From positions 1 to 21,259 of the forward strand of contig JAFKJW010000109.1 of the NCBI GenBank assembly GCA_017305925.1: 21,259 nt of DNA. The letters run 5' to 3'. Positions within the stretch are counted from its first letter, which is position 1. Each line of letters starts with the position of its first letter. The DNA comes from Hyphomicrobiales bacterium. GTDB lineage: Bacteria > Pseudomonadota > Alphaproteobacteria > Rhizobiales > Rhizobiaceae. Positions 8,905-16,678 of the stretch are shown here, one piece after another. A model generated the notes under the pieces. It was not told the origin of the DNA and ran no database searches. It saw only the letters and a list, made by a program, of their open reading frames with translations. A program made the position numbers and the translations under genes.

Positions 8905-9666
8905 GTGGCTGCTGCGGACAAGGTCGATCCGATCCATCAGTTCCATATCAATCCGATCATCCCGATTCACATCGGCGGATATGATCTGTCGTTCACCAAT
9001 TCCGCGCTCTTCATGGTCATCACCATCCTGGTGGCCGGGGCTTTCCTCTACTGGTCGACCGCCCAGCGCGCGCTCGTCCCGAGCCGCCTCCAGTCGATGT
9101 CGGAGATGGCCTACGAGTTCGTCGCCAACATGCTGCGCGACGCGGCCGGCTCCGCCGGCATGAAGTTCTTCCCCTTCGTCTTCGCGCTGTTCATGTTCGT
9201 GCTGGTGGCCAACCTGCTCGGCATGTTCCCCTATTTCTTCACCGTCACCAGCCAGATCATCGTCACCTTCTTCCTGTCCGTCCTGGTGATCGGCACCGTC
9301 ATCATCTACGGCTTCTGGAAGCACGGGCTGCATTTCCTCAACCTCTTCGTGCCGCAAGGCGTGCCGGGCATACTGCTGCCGCTCGTCATACTGATCGAGA
9401 TCGTCTCGTTCATTTCGCGACCGGTCAGCCTGTCGGTGCGTCTGTTCGCCAACATGCTGGCCGGGCACATCACGCTGAAGGTCTTTGCCGGCTTCGTCGT
9501 GTCGCTTTCGGCTTTCGGCGCCGTCGGCGTGGCCGGCGCTGTCCTGCCGCTCGCCATGGCGGTCGCCCTGACCGCCCTCGAATTCCTCGTCGCGGCGCTG
9601 CAAGCCTATGTCTTCGCGGTGCTGACCTGCATGTATCTGAACGACGCCCTGCATCCGGGGCACTGA
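8905..9666 (+). CDS. atpB: F0F1 ATP synthase subunit a
   Basis: 253 aa. Signature '[13 protein letters not shown]' (essential Arg), multi-TM. GTG start after RBS 'gagggg'. Confidence 0.95.
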   Translation: MAAADKVDPIHQFHINPIIPIHIGGYDLSFTNSALFMVITILVAGAFLYWSTAQRALVPSRLQSMSEMAYEFVANMLRDAAGSAGMKFFPFVFALFMFVLVANLLGMFPYFFTVTSQIIVTFFLSVLVIGTVIIYGFWKHGLHFLNLFVPQGVPGILLPLVILIEIVSFISRPVSLSVRLFANMLAGHITLKVFAGFVVSLSAFGAVGVAGAVLPLAMAVALTALEFLVAALQAYVFAVLTCMYLNDALHPGH

Positions 9667-9725
9667 GAACGCCGGCGCGGTGCCGGAACACCCGAACCTG
9701 AAGAGATCCAAAAGGAGTGGAATAA

Positions 9726-9950
9726 ATGGAAGCTGAAGCAGCACGTTACATCGGCGCCGGCATTGCCTGCATCGGCATGGGCGGGGCCGGCATCGGTCTC
9801 GGCACGATCTTCGGAAACTACCTGGCTGGCGCCCTGCGCAATCCGTCGGCCGCTGACGGCCAGTTCGGCCGCCTGATCTTCGGCTTTGCGGTGACGGAAG
9901 CTCTGGGCATCTTCTCGCTGCTGATCGCGCTGCTCGCGCTGTTCGGCTGA
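9726..9950 (+). CDS. atpE: F0F1 ATP synthase subunit c
   Basis: 74 aa hairpin proteolipid: '[24 protein letters not shown]...[20 protein letters not shown]' with the conserved carboxylate Glu in helix 2. Confidence 0.95.
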   Translation: MEAEAARYIGAGIACIGMGGAGIGLGTIFGNYLAGALRNPSAADGQFGRLIFGFAVTEALGIFSLLIALLALFG

Positions 9951-10011
9951 TCGCGTCGCAAGAGGTTGAGGCGGGCCGCCCCGGCGGCCGCCTCGGATTC
10001 GGGGAAATCCG

Positions 10012-10620
10012 ATGTTCGTAACGCCTGCCCATGCGCAAGAGGCCCAGCCGACCGAGGCCGAGGGAACGCACGGCACGGAAGCGCCGGCCGAGACCACCCA
10101 TGCCGGCACCGAAGTGCCGGCGGAGGGGCATCAGGGCGGATTCCCGCCCTTCGACCCGGCGCACTTCCCCTCGCAGATCCTCTGGATCGCGATCACCTTC
10201 GCGCTGTTCTACTGGTTCATGAAGCGAACCGCCGCGCCGCGCATCGGCAACATACTGGACGCGCGCCGCGACCGCATCGCGTCGGACCTCGACCAGGCCG
10301 GCAAGATGAAGGTCGAGGCGGACGCTGCGGTGGCCGCCTACGAGCAGGAACTGGCCGAGGCGCGCGCCAATGCCAACACCATCGGCCAGAAGGCCCGCGA
10401 CGAGGCGAAGGCCGAGGCCGAGGCCAAGCGCAAGCAGGTGGAGGCCGAGCTCGACGGAAAGCTCGCCGACGCCGAGAAGCGCATCGCCTCCATCAAGGCG
10501 TCCGCGATGAAGGACGTCGGCGCGATCGCCGAGGAGACCGCCGCCGCGATCGTGGAACAGCTTGCCGGCAAGGCGTCGAAGGCCGACGTCGCAGCCGCGG
10601 TCAAGGCAGTGGCGAAGTAG
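10012..10620 (+). CDS. atpF2: F0F1 ATP synthase subunit b' (alphaproteobacterial second b-type subunit) with a ~45-aa low-complexity acidic N-terminal extension
   Basis: 202 aa. 'GGFPPFDPAHFPSQILWIAITFALFYWFM' TM anchor followed by an Ala/Glu/Lys-rich coiled-coil. Position and order (I-a-c-b'-b) are typical of Rhizobiales/Rhodospirillales F0 operons. Confidence 0.85.
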   Translation: MFVTPAHAQEAQPTEAEGTHGTEAPAETTHAGTEVPAEGHQGGFPPFDPAHFPSQILWIAITFALFYWFMKRTAAPRIGNILDARRDRIASDLDQAGKMKVEADAAVAAYEQELAEARANANTIGQKARDEAKAEAEAKRKQVEAELDGKLADAEKRIASIKASAMKDVGAIAEETAAAIVEQLAGKASKADVAAAVKAVAK

Positions 10621-10629
10621 GAGCCCGTT

Positions 10630-11121
10630 ATGGACGCGACATCCCTTGCCACTTTCTGGGCGATGGTCGCCCTTATCATCTTCCTTGCCATCACCGTCTA
10701 TTTCAAGGTGCCCGGCTGGATCTCCAGGGCCCTCGACGAGAGGGCCGCGAAGATCGCCGGCGAGCTCGAGGAGGCCAGGCGGCTGCGCGAGGAAGCCAAG
10801 GCGCTGCTCGCCGAATATCAGAGCAAGCGCAAGGAAGCCGAGAAGGAGGCCGCCGAAATCGTCGAGGCGGCCAAGCGCGAGGCCTCCAGCCTGGCCGAGG
10901 AGGCGCACAAGCGGACCGAGGAATACGTCGCCCGCCGCACCACCATGGCCGAGCAGAAGATCGGTCAGGCCGAGCGCGAGGCCGTGAACGAGGTTCGCGC
11001 CACGGCGGTCGACATTGCCGTCGAGGCCGCGCGCAAGCTTCTCGGGACGAAGGTGGATGCCGGCACCAACGCCGCGCTCTTCGCCTCGTCGCTCGATCAG
11101 GTGAAGTCCAGGCTCAATTGA
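10630..11121 (+). CDS. atpF: F0F1 ATP synthase subunit b
   Basis: 163 aa. N-terminal TM 'FWAMVALIIFLAITVYFKV' plus a long charged coiled-coil, last gene of the F0 operon. Confidence 0.85.
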   Translation: MDATSLATFWAMVALIIFLAITVYFKVPGWISRALDERAAKIAGELEEARRLREEAKALLAEYQSKRKEAEKEAAEIVEAAKREASSLAEEAHKRTEEYVARRTTMAEQKIGQAEREAVNEVRATAVDIAVEAARKLLGTKVDAGTNAALFASSLDQVKSRLN

Positions 11122-11144
11122 GTTTCGCGGAAAACGCTCCACGG

Positions 11145-11173
11145 AAAGCCGCCTCCGGGCGGCTTTTTGTTTT
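11145..11173 (+). terminator. Rho-independent terminator of the F0 atp operon
   Basis: 'aaagccgcc tccg ggcggcttt ttgtttt': 9-bp GC stem (11145-11153 / 11158-11166, tetraloop tccg) followed by a T-run. It starts 24 nt after the atpF stop. Confidence 0.8.
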
Positions 11174-11385
11174 GGCGCGTCCTTCGAGGCTCGCCCGTCG
11201 ATGTTGAGTGGCAACCCCCAAAAGTCTTGCGGGCTCGCACCTCAGGATGAGGTCGGTCGGCGCATCGAGCCCACTTCGTCATGGGCCTGACAAACGACGG
11301 TCCTCATCCTGAGGCGCGAGCCCGCACGGCGTGGCCGAGAATGGCGATAACCTCATGAGGGCGAGCCTCGAAGGATGCACCGCGC
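11172..11385. repeat. MITE-like intergenic palindromic element, copy 2, inverted relative to copy 1. Internal palindrome 11229-11325. The right terminal IR abuts the rnhB stop codon.
   Basis: The terminal IRs 'gcgcgtccttcgaggctcgccc' / 'gggcgagcctcgaaggatgcac', the internal 'gcgggctcgcacctcaggatgagg...cctcatcctgaggcgcgagcccgc' and the module 'acggcgtggccgagaatggcgataacctcatga' all match the reverse complement of copy 1. It lies between the convergent 3' ends of atpF and rnhB. Confidence 0.8.
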
Positions 11386-12071
11386 TACAGCAGTTCCTCG
11401 GCCTCCTCCCGCGCCTCCACGGTCACGCGGAACGGCGCGAAGGACGCGCGGTGGAGCCTTGGCACCGCGCCATGCGCCTCGATGGCGGTGCGGTGGCGCG
11501 CCGTCGCATAGCCCATATGGATCTCGAAGCCGTAGCGCGCATCGGCACGGCCGCAGCCGCGCATCATCCGGTCGCGCATTACCTTGGCGACGATCGAGGC
11601 TGCGGCGATCGACTGCGAGCGCTGGTCGCCCTTGACGAGCGCGCGGCCCTCGCAGGGCAGGCCGGGCGGCACGTCGCGGCCGTCGGCCAGCGCCAGAACC
11701 GGACGCACCGACAGCCCGCACACGGCACGGCGCATCGCCTCGAGGCTTGCCCTGAGGATGTTGAGCGTATCGATTCCCTCTGCCGCGACCGATGCGAACG
11801 AGACGCTTCGCGCCGTCGCGAGAACCGCCTCGAACACCTCTTCACGCCGCTCCGGCGTCAACCGCTTCGAATCGTCCAGCCCGTCGGGGATCCGCTCCGG
11901 ATCGAGGATGACGGCGGCGGCCACCACGGGCCCGGCCAGCGGGCCTCTTCCGGCCTCGTCCATGCCTGCCACAGGAGTGTTGCCCCGGCTGATCGCCTCG
12001 CGCTCCATCGAGAAATCGGGCTTCAGGGGCAGGATGAAGAGGGGCGGAGAATCGGAAGTCCGGCGAGCCAT
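11385..12071 (-). CDS. rnhB: Ribonuclease HII
   Basis: 228 aa. '[23 protein letters not shown]' (DEAGRG catalytic motif), '[12 protein letters not shown]', 'ADGRDVPP', '[11 protein letters not shown]'. Confidence 0.95.
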   Translation of the reverse strand: MARRTSDSPPLFILPLKPDFSMEREAISRGNTPVAGMDEAGRGPLAGPVVAAAVILDPERIPDGLDDSKRLTPERREEVFEAVLATARSVSFASVAAEGIDTLNILRASLEAMRRAVCGLSVRPVLALADGRDVPPGLPCEGRALVKGDQRSQSIAAASIVAKVMRDRMMRGCGRADARYGFEIHMGYATARHRTAIEAHGAVPRLHRASFAPFRVTVEAREEAEELL

Positions 12072-12254
12072 GGTGCGGCGATGGTCGCATCGGCTCCGAT
12101 TCTCCGCAAGGCCGTCCCGGCCACGGGGAATGGCGGGGAGGGCACTTCCGTCCGGTCTGGGGGCGGACCGGACGGAATGCGTGGCGCCGGTCTTGCCGGC
12201 GGGTTAAAGCATGTCTCCCGAAAGTGGTCCCGGTTTCGGGACAAAGACATGCGT

Positions 12255-12309
12255 AGGAACAAGAAGCTAAAGCGTGAGGAGCGATCTGAAAGATCGCGAC
12301 ACGCTTTAG
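12255..12309 (-). terminator. Putative intrinsic terminator of the radical SAM gene: nested hairpin (outer 10-bp stem 12267-12276/12300-12309, inner 6-bp stem 12281-12286/12292-12297) followed on the minus strand by a 'cttcttgttcc' T-rich tract
   Basis: Perfect inverted repeats 'ctaaagcgtg'/'cacgctttag' and 'gcgatc'/'gatcgc' begin immediately after the stop at 12311-12313. Confidence 0.4.
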
Positions 12310-12310
12310 A

Positions 12311-13516
12311 TCAGATCAAGGTGAGTTGCGCGCTCTCCTTCTCGCCGCCCAGGAAGAGGTCGGTGCGCAGCCTGCGCCGCTCCATGTTGAGCTCCAGCCG
12401 CTTGGCCGCGATCTCGAAGCGCCTGCCGATCTGCCAGGCGTAGGGCCCGCTGCCCTTCATGCGCTTGCCCCATTCCGAATCGTAATCCTTGCCGTCCCGC
12501 ATCGAGCGGATGAGCGACATGACGTGCCGGTAGCGGTCGGGATAGTGACGCAGCAGCCAGTCCTTGAAGATCGGCGCCACCTCCAGCGGCAGCCTGAGAA
12601 TGACGTAGCCAGCCTCCGCCGCCCCTTGCGCCTTCGCCGCCTCCAGAATGCGCTCGATCTCCGGATCGTTCATCCCGGGCACGATGGGCGCCACCATCAC
12701 CGAGACCGGGATGCCGGCCTCGTGCAGCCGCCGCATGGCCTCCAGCCGCTTCGTCGGTGTCGAGGCCCGCGGCTCCATCGTCCGCGCCAGCCTGCGGTCG
12801 AGCGTCGTCACCGACAGCGCCACCTTGGCCAGACCCTTCTCGGCCATGCGCGCCAATATGTCGACGTCGCGCACCACCAGCGCCGACTTGGTGACGATGC
12901 CGACCGGATGCCGCCGCGCCTCCAGCACCTCCAGCACCTCGCGCATGATGCGGTATTGCCGCTCGATCGGCTGGTAGGGATCGGTGTTGGTGCCGATCGC
13001 GATGGTGCGTGGCTCGTATCCCTTCTTCGACAGTTCGCGGTCGAGCAGCTTCGCCGCATCCGGCTTGGCGAACAGGCGCGCTTCGAAGTCCAGTCCCGGC
13101 GACAGGCCCATATAGGCGTGGCTGGGGCGGGCGAAGCAGTAGACGCAGCCGTGCTCGCACCCCCGATAGGGATTGATCGAGCGGTCGAAGGAGATGTCGG
13201 GCGAATCGTTGCGCGTGATGATGGTCCGCGGCCGCTCGACCTGCACCTCGGTCCTGAAGGGCGGAAGCTCCTCCAGCGAGTTCCACCCGTCGTCGAACAC
13301 GCTGCGCGACAGCGGCTCGTAGCGTCCCGACGGGTTGATCCCGGCGGAGCGGCCGTGGTTCCGGTCCGGCCGCACCCTGATCCCGCTTTCCTCGATCATG
13401 GCGTTGGCCATCTCCGCGCGTCCCGCCCCGAAGGCGGCGATGTCCGCGCGCACGATCTGTTCCACTTTCGCTCGCTCCCAGGGCGCTTCCGCCCGCTGTC
13501 GAATCGCTGGTCTCAT
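12311..13516 (-). CDS. PA0069-family radical SAM protein (SplB-like 'DNA repair photolyase'-type radical SAM enzyme)
   Basis: 'RGCEHGCVYCFARP' CxxxCxxC radical SAM cluster motif plus an extended Elp3/SplB-like body. The ORF in the track runs to 13726, but the Met at 13516 (MRPAIRQRAEAPWERAKVEQ...) has an AGGAA RBS 8 nt upstream and gives a 401-aa product typical of this family. The upstream 70 codons are low-complexity and read through an AT-rich promoter region. Confidence 0.85.
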   Translation of the reverse strand: MRPAIRQRAEAPWERAKVEQIVRADIAAFGAGRAEMANAMIEESGIRVRPDRNHGRSAGINPSGRYEPLSRSVFDDGWNSLEELPPFRTEVQVERPRTIITRNDSPDISFDRSINPYRGCEHGCVYCFARPSHAYMGLSPGLDFEARLFAKPDAAKLLDRELSKKGYEPRTIAIGTNTDPYQPIERQYRIMREVLEVLEARRHPVGIVTKSALVVRDVDILARMAEKGLAKVALSVTTLDRRLARTMEPRASTPTKRLEAMRRLHEAGIPVSVMVAPIVPGMNDPEIERILEAAKAQGAAEAGYVILRLPLEVAPIFKDWLLRHYPDRYRHVMSLIRSMRDGKDYDSEWGKRMKGSGPYAWQIGRRFEIAAKRLELNMERRRLRTDLFLGGEKESAQLTLI

Positions 13517-13610
13517 GAAATTATTCCTAGGATCGGAATAGGAACAAATCAAGAACTTTCTTAAATCGGCCGTCTGGCGCCCGGCCGATCTTTGCGATAG
13601 TCGGTAAGGG

Positions 13611-14111
13611 ATGCTGACCGTTCTGATCGAGACGAGGAACAGCGAGGAGGCGCTCGCGCGCACGCTGGCCTCCCTGATTTCCGGCGCGGTCGAGGGCGTC
13701 GTGCGCGAAGTGGTCGTGATCGACAAAGGCTCGACGGACCAGACCCATCATGTCGCCGAACATGCGGGATGCCGGTTCACGACGGACGGGCTGGCCGCCG
13801 CGGTCTCTCAGGCAAAGGGAGAGTGGCTGCTGGTGCTGGAGCCCGGCGCGCGCCTTGCCGAGGGCTGGATGGAGCCGGTGCTCGCCCATGTCTCGCGCCA
13901 GACGATGGCGGCCCGGTTCAGCCGCGCGAAGGCGGGCCGCGCGCCGTTCCTGAAGCGGATGCTCTCGAGGACCGCCGCGCTCGCCGATGGACTGCTGATC
14001 TCTAAACGTCAGGCGATGTCCCTGGCGCGCAACGCCACGGACGCAGACGGTCTCGCCCGCGGGCTGGCGGTAAAAACGCTTGCCGCGGAAATCTTCGCCG
14101 CGCCGCGTTGA
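13611..14111 (+). CDS. Small glycosyltransferase family 2-like protein (166 aa; short for a GT2 domain)
   Basis: 'MLTVLIETRNSEEALARTLASLISGAVEGVVREVVVIDKGSTDQTHHVAEHAGCRF' resembles the N-terminal nucleotide-binding portion of GT2 enzymes ('SVLIPTYNEE...', 'EIIVVDDGSTD'). The DxD region and C-terminal half expected in full GT2 enzymes are absent. Divergent from the radical SAM gene. Confidence 0.45.
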   Translation: MLTVLIETRNSEEALARTLASLISGAVEGVVREVVVIDKGSTDQTHHVAEHAGCRFTTDGLAAAVSQAKGEWLLVLEPGARLAEGWMEPVLAHVSRQTMAARFSRAKAGRAPFLKRMLSRTAALADGLLISKRQAMSLARNATDADGLARGLAVKTLAAEIFAAPR

Positions 14112-14123
14112 AGCGGGTCCGCC

Positions 14124-14390
14124 TCAGAAGGCTCCGGCAATCGTCGCGCCGTTCGGGATGCGGATGTCGATCGCCAGCCTGGATTTCGTGTCGCCGCGGT
14201 CCATGGTGACGCGCACGTCGTCCTGCCGGACGCGGACATGGCGGGTGATGACCGCAAGGATCTCCTCGCGCAGCACGGCGACGAGGTCGGGCAGGTTGCG
14301 GTTGGCGCGCTCATAGGCGAGCAGCACCTTGAGGCGCTCGCGCGCCACGGGCGCGCTGCGGCGGCGCCGGAAGAAGTCGAACAGTCTCAT
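14124..14390 (-). CDS. minE: Cell division topological specificity factor MinE
   Basis: 88 aa. 'MRLFDFFRRRRSAPVARERLKVLLAYERANR..LPDLVAVLREEILAVITRHV' is colinear with MinE. Start ATG overlaps the minD stop (ATGA). Confidence 0.88.
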   Translation of the reverse strand: MRLFDFFRRRRSAPVARERLKVLLAYERANRNLPDLVAVLREEILAVITRHVRVRQDDVRVTMDRGDTKSRLAIDIRIPNGATIAGAF

Positions 14391-15202
14391 GCTGCCATCC
14401 TTCCCAGAAGACGATCGAAGAACCGCCTCTTCTCGGCCTGCAGCACCATCGGCAGTTCCTCGCCCTGCAATCTTTTGGCGGCGTCGAAATAGGCGCGCGC
14501 CGCCGCGTTGGCGGGTTCGGCGAGCGTCACGGGCGTGCCGACATTGGAGGCGCGCAGCACGGCCTGGCTCTCCGGGATGATGCCGAGCAGGGGCGTGGAG
14601 AGGATCTCCAGCACGTCGTCGATGCCCAGCATCTCGCCGCGCGAGGCGCGCGTCGCGTCATAGCGCGTGATGAGCACGTGCTTGCCGACGCTTTCGCCGT
14701 TCTCCGCCTTGACGGTCTTGGAATCGAGCAGGCCGATGACACGGTCGGAATCGCGCACGGAGCTGACTTCCGGGTTGGTGACGATCACCGCCTCGTCGGC
14801 GAAGCGCATGGCGAGCTGCGCGCCGCGCTCGATGCCGGCCGGGCTGTCGCAGAGCACGTAGTCGAATTTCTCGCGCAGCGCGCCGACCACATGCGCCACG
14901 CCTTCCTCCGTCAGCGCGTCCTTGTCGCGCGTCTGCGAGGCGGGCAGCAGGTAGAGCGTTTCGATGCGCTTGTCGCGAATCAGCGCCTGGGAGAGCTTTG
15001 CCGCCCCCTGCGTCACATTGACGAGGTCGAAGACGACCCGCCGCTCCGCACCCATGACGAGGTCGAGGTTGCGCAAGCCGACGTCGAAATCGATCAGCGC
15101 GACCTTCAGGCCCGTTTGCGCCAAGGCGGCGCCGAGCGCGGCGGTCGACGTGGTCTTGCCGACGCCTCCCTTGCCGGATGTTACGACGACGACCTTGCCC
15201 AT
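14387..15202 (-). CDS. minD: Septum site-determining ATPase MinD
   Basis: 271 aa. Deviant Walker A 'SGKGGVGKTT', 'DFDVGLRNLDLVMG', C-terminal amphipathic helix. RBS GGAGACAGGGG. Confidence 0.95.
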   Translation of the reverse strand: MGKVVVVTSGKGGVGKTTSTAALGAALAQTGLKVALIDFDVGLRNLDLVMGAERRVVFDLVNVTQGAAKLSQALIRDKRIETLYLLPASQTRDKDALTEEGVAHVVGALREKFDYVLCDSPAGIERGAQLAMRFADEAVIVTNPEVSSVRDSDRVIGLLDSKTVKAENGESVGKHVLITRYDATRASRGEMLGIDDVLEILSTPLLGIIPESQAVLRASNVGTPVTLAEPANAAARAYFDAAKRLQGEELPMVLQAEKRRFFDRLLGRMAA

Positions 15203-15220
15203 GCCCCTGTCTCCAGTCTT

Positions 15221-15952
15221 CTAGTTGAGGTCCGCGACTTGCAGCGCGTTGTTCTTGAGGAATGCCTGCACCGGCCGGCCGCGCAGCGACGGCTCCATCT
15301 CCTCGGCCGTGCGATACCAGCCGTCGACGGCCAGCAGCTCGGCCTCGTTGCGGAGGCAGAAGATGCGCGCGTCGGCCTTGCCCGTGGCGCCGGCGATCGC
15401 GCGGCCGCGCAGCGTCCCGTAGACATGCACCGATCCGCCGGCCACGACCTCGGAGCCCGAGGCGACCGAGCCGACGATCACCACGTCGCCCGCCGGGTGG
15501 AAGATCGACTGCCCCGAGCGCACGGGACTCGCGATGGTGAGCGTGTTCGAATCCTCGGCCGTTGCGGGACCGGGTTCCGGCGCCTTCGGCTGGATGGTCC
15601 CGTCGATCAGCGTCGGGCGGGCGCCCTTGAGGAGAGGCGGCAGGTCCGCGTCGATCCCCTCCAGCCCGTTCGCCTCGATCGCATAGATGCGGATGCCGCG
15701 CTCGGCGAGCTGCGCCACCAGCCCCCGCACAGCATGGGCCGCGGGCTTGAGCAGGTTGAGGTCCAGCACGACCGGACGTCCGATGAAGAACGCCGGCGAA
15801 TTCTCCGTCCAGCGGTCGAGGCTCTCGAACCATTGCGCCAGCGGCGCCTCCGGGGCGAGCGCGAAGGCCAGGAACGAGCGTGCCGGAAAACGGATGGACG
15901 TCTTCTGGAACGGGGCGCTGGCGGGGGTGTGAACGGCTGCGGCGCTCGGCAC
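15221..15952 (-). CDS. minC: Septum site-determining protein MinC
   Basis: 243 aa. C-terminal beta-helix region 'GDVVIVGSVASGSEVVAGGSVHVYGTLRGRAIAG' typical of MinC. Immediately upstream of minD with no intervening terminator. Confidence 0.85.
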   Translation of the reverse strand: MPSAAAVHTPASAPFQKTSIRFPARSFLAFALAPEAPLAQWFESLDRWTENSPAFFIGRPVVLDLNLLKPAAHAVRGLVAQLAERGIRIYAIEANGLEGIDADLPPLLKGARPTLIDGTIQPKAPEPGPATAEDSNTLTIASPVRSGQSIFHPAGDVVIVGSVASGSEVVAGGSVHVYGTLRGRAIAGATGKADARIFCLRNEAELLAVDGWYRTAEEMEPSLRGRPVQAFLKNNALQVADLN

Positions 15953-15996
15953 GGGTGGGGGTCCTTACTGATTTGTTAACGCTAGCCGCCGCATGG

Positions 15997-16012
15997 TTAA
16001 CGAAAAGTTAAT
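15997..16012. promoter_or_regulatory. CtrA-box-like motif TTAA-N7-TTAAT 45-60 bp upstream of the minC start, within a cluster of GTTAAC repeats (15975-15980, 15996-16001)
   Basis: Sequence 'TTAAcgaaaagTTAAt' matches the CtrA consensus TTAA-N7-TTAAC except for the last base. It sits in an AT-richer patch, 'tttGTTAACGctagccgccgcatgGTTAACGaaaaGTTAATttc'. Confidence 0.4.
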
Positions 16013-16219
16013 TTCTCGGCCGGGCCCGACTTTTGCCCCCGCGCATCGAAATGCCATGATTTTTCCACGGAGCTGCCCTTGCGTCAGGGAAGGATGCGGC
16101 ATATAGGCGCGCTCCCGGTCGAGTGAACCGGCGTGAGCGCAACGGCCGGAGCTCCAAAACTCCGCCCGCGCAGGCGGCTTTGCCGCTCCTGCGTACGGTG
16201 CCGCGGCGGGGAACGGGAC

Positions 16220-16293
16220 GGGGTTTTAGCTCAGTGGCAGAGCGCCGGACTTTTGTCCGGAGGTCGCGGGTTCGATTCTCGCAGACTCCTCCA
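16220..16293 (+). tRNA. tRNA-Lys(UUU)-like gene with encoded CCA but an aberrant 6-nt anticodon loop (possible pseudo-tRNA or sequence error)
   Basis: Hand fold: acceptor ggggttt/agactcc (7 bp incl. 2 GU), D-arm gctc-agtggca-gagc, anticodon stem ccgga/tccgg with loop 'cttttg' (6 nt, UUU at 34-36), variable aggtc, T-arm gcggg-ttcgatt-ctcgc, discriminator t, CCA. Confidence 0.6.
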
Positions 16294-16364
16294 TTGGATA
16301 GCTCAGTGGGTAGAGCATCAGACTGATAATCTGACTGTCGAAGGTTCGACTCCTTCTCCATCGC
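16292..16364 (+). tRNA. tRNA-Ile(GAU)-like gene with canonical D, anticodon and T arms but 2 mismatches in the acceptor stem and no encoded CCA; its 5' end overlaps the CCA of the preceding tRNA
   Basis: D-arm gctc-agtgggta-gagc, anticodon arm tcaga-ctgataa-tctga (GAU), variable ctgtc, T-arm gaagg-ttcgact-ccttc. Acceptor 5' 'cattgga' vs 3' 'tccatcg' gives mismatches at 2-71 and 3-70. Confidence 0.5.
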
Positions 16365-16678
16365 TGGCCTCAAAACCAGCACCACCTCGCACGGTGTTGT
16401 CCAAACGGGCCGGGGACTGGCATGCCGAGGGTCACGAACCGCTTCGCCTCCGGGCGGCGCGGGGAGGGGTCCGAAGCCGTTCGGTCGCGGCCTGGCCCGC
16501 GGTGACGGCCAAGACGCGCGATTGCCGGCAAGGAGGGCTTCGGCCGCCCGCGCCCGCTCCTGCGCCTCGCGGCCCTCTCCCGCCGGCCCGCTGCGGACGG
16601 ACGCCACTGGTCCCCGGTCTTGGCCGGGCTGAAGAGAGGTCGCGGCGTGGCGGGGCCATGCCGGCAGGAGTGAGGACG

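Noticed and set aside
8386-11214. 942-aa ORF on the minus strand
   Set aside because: Antisense across the whole atpI-atpB-atpE-atpF'-atpF operon, low-complexity Arg/Gly-rich translation, no stops simply because of GC richness.
12311-13726. 471-aa version of the radical SAM gene starting at 13726
   Set aside because: The extra 70 N-terminal codons are Ser/Thr/Arg-rich and overlap the AT-rich divergent promoter region. The internal Met at 13516 has a strong RBS and gives the family-typical length.
14658-15979. Overlapping ORFs 14658-15833 (minus) and 14678-15979 (plus)
   Set aside because: Alternate-frame or antisense readings across minD/minC, low-complexity Arg/Gly-rich products.
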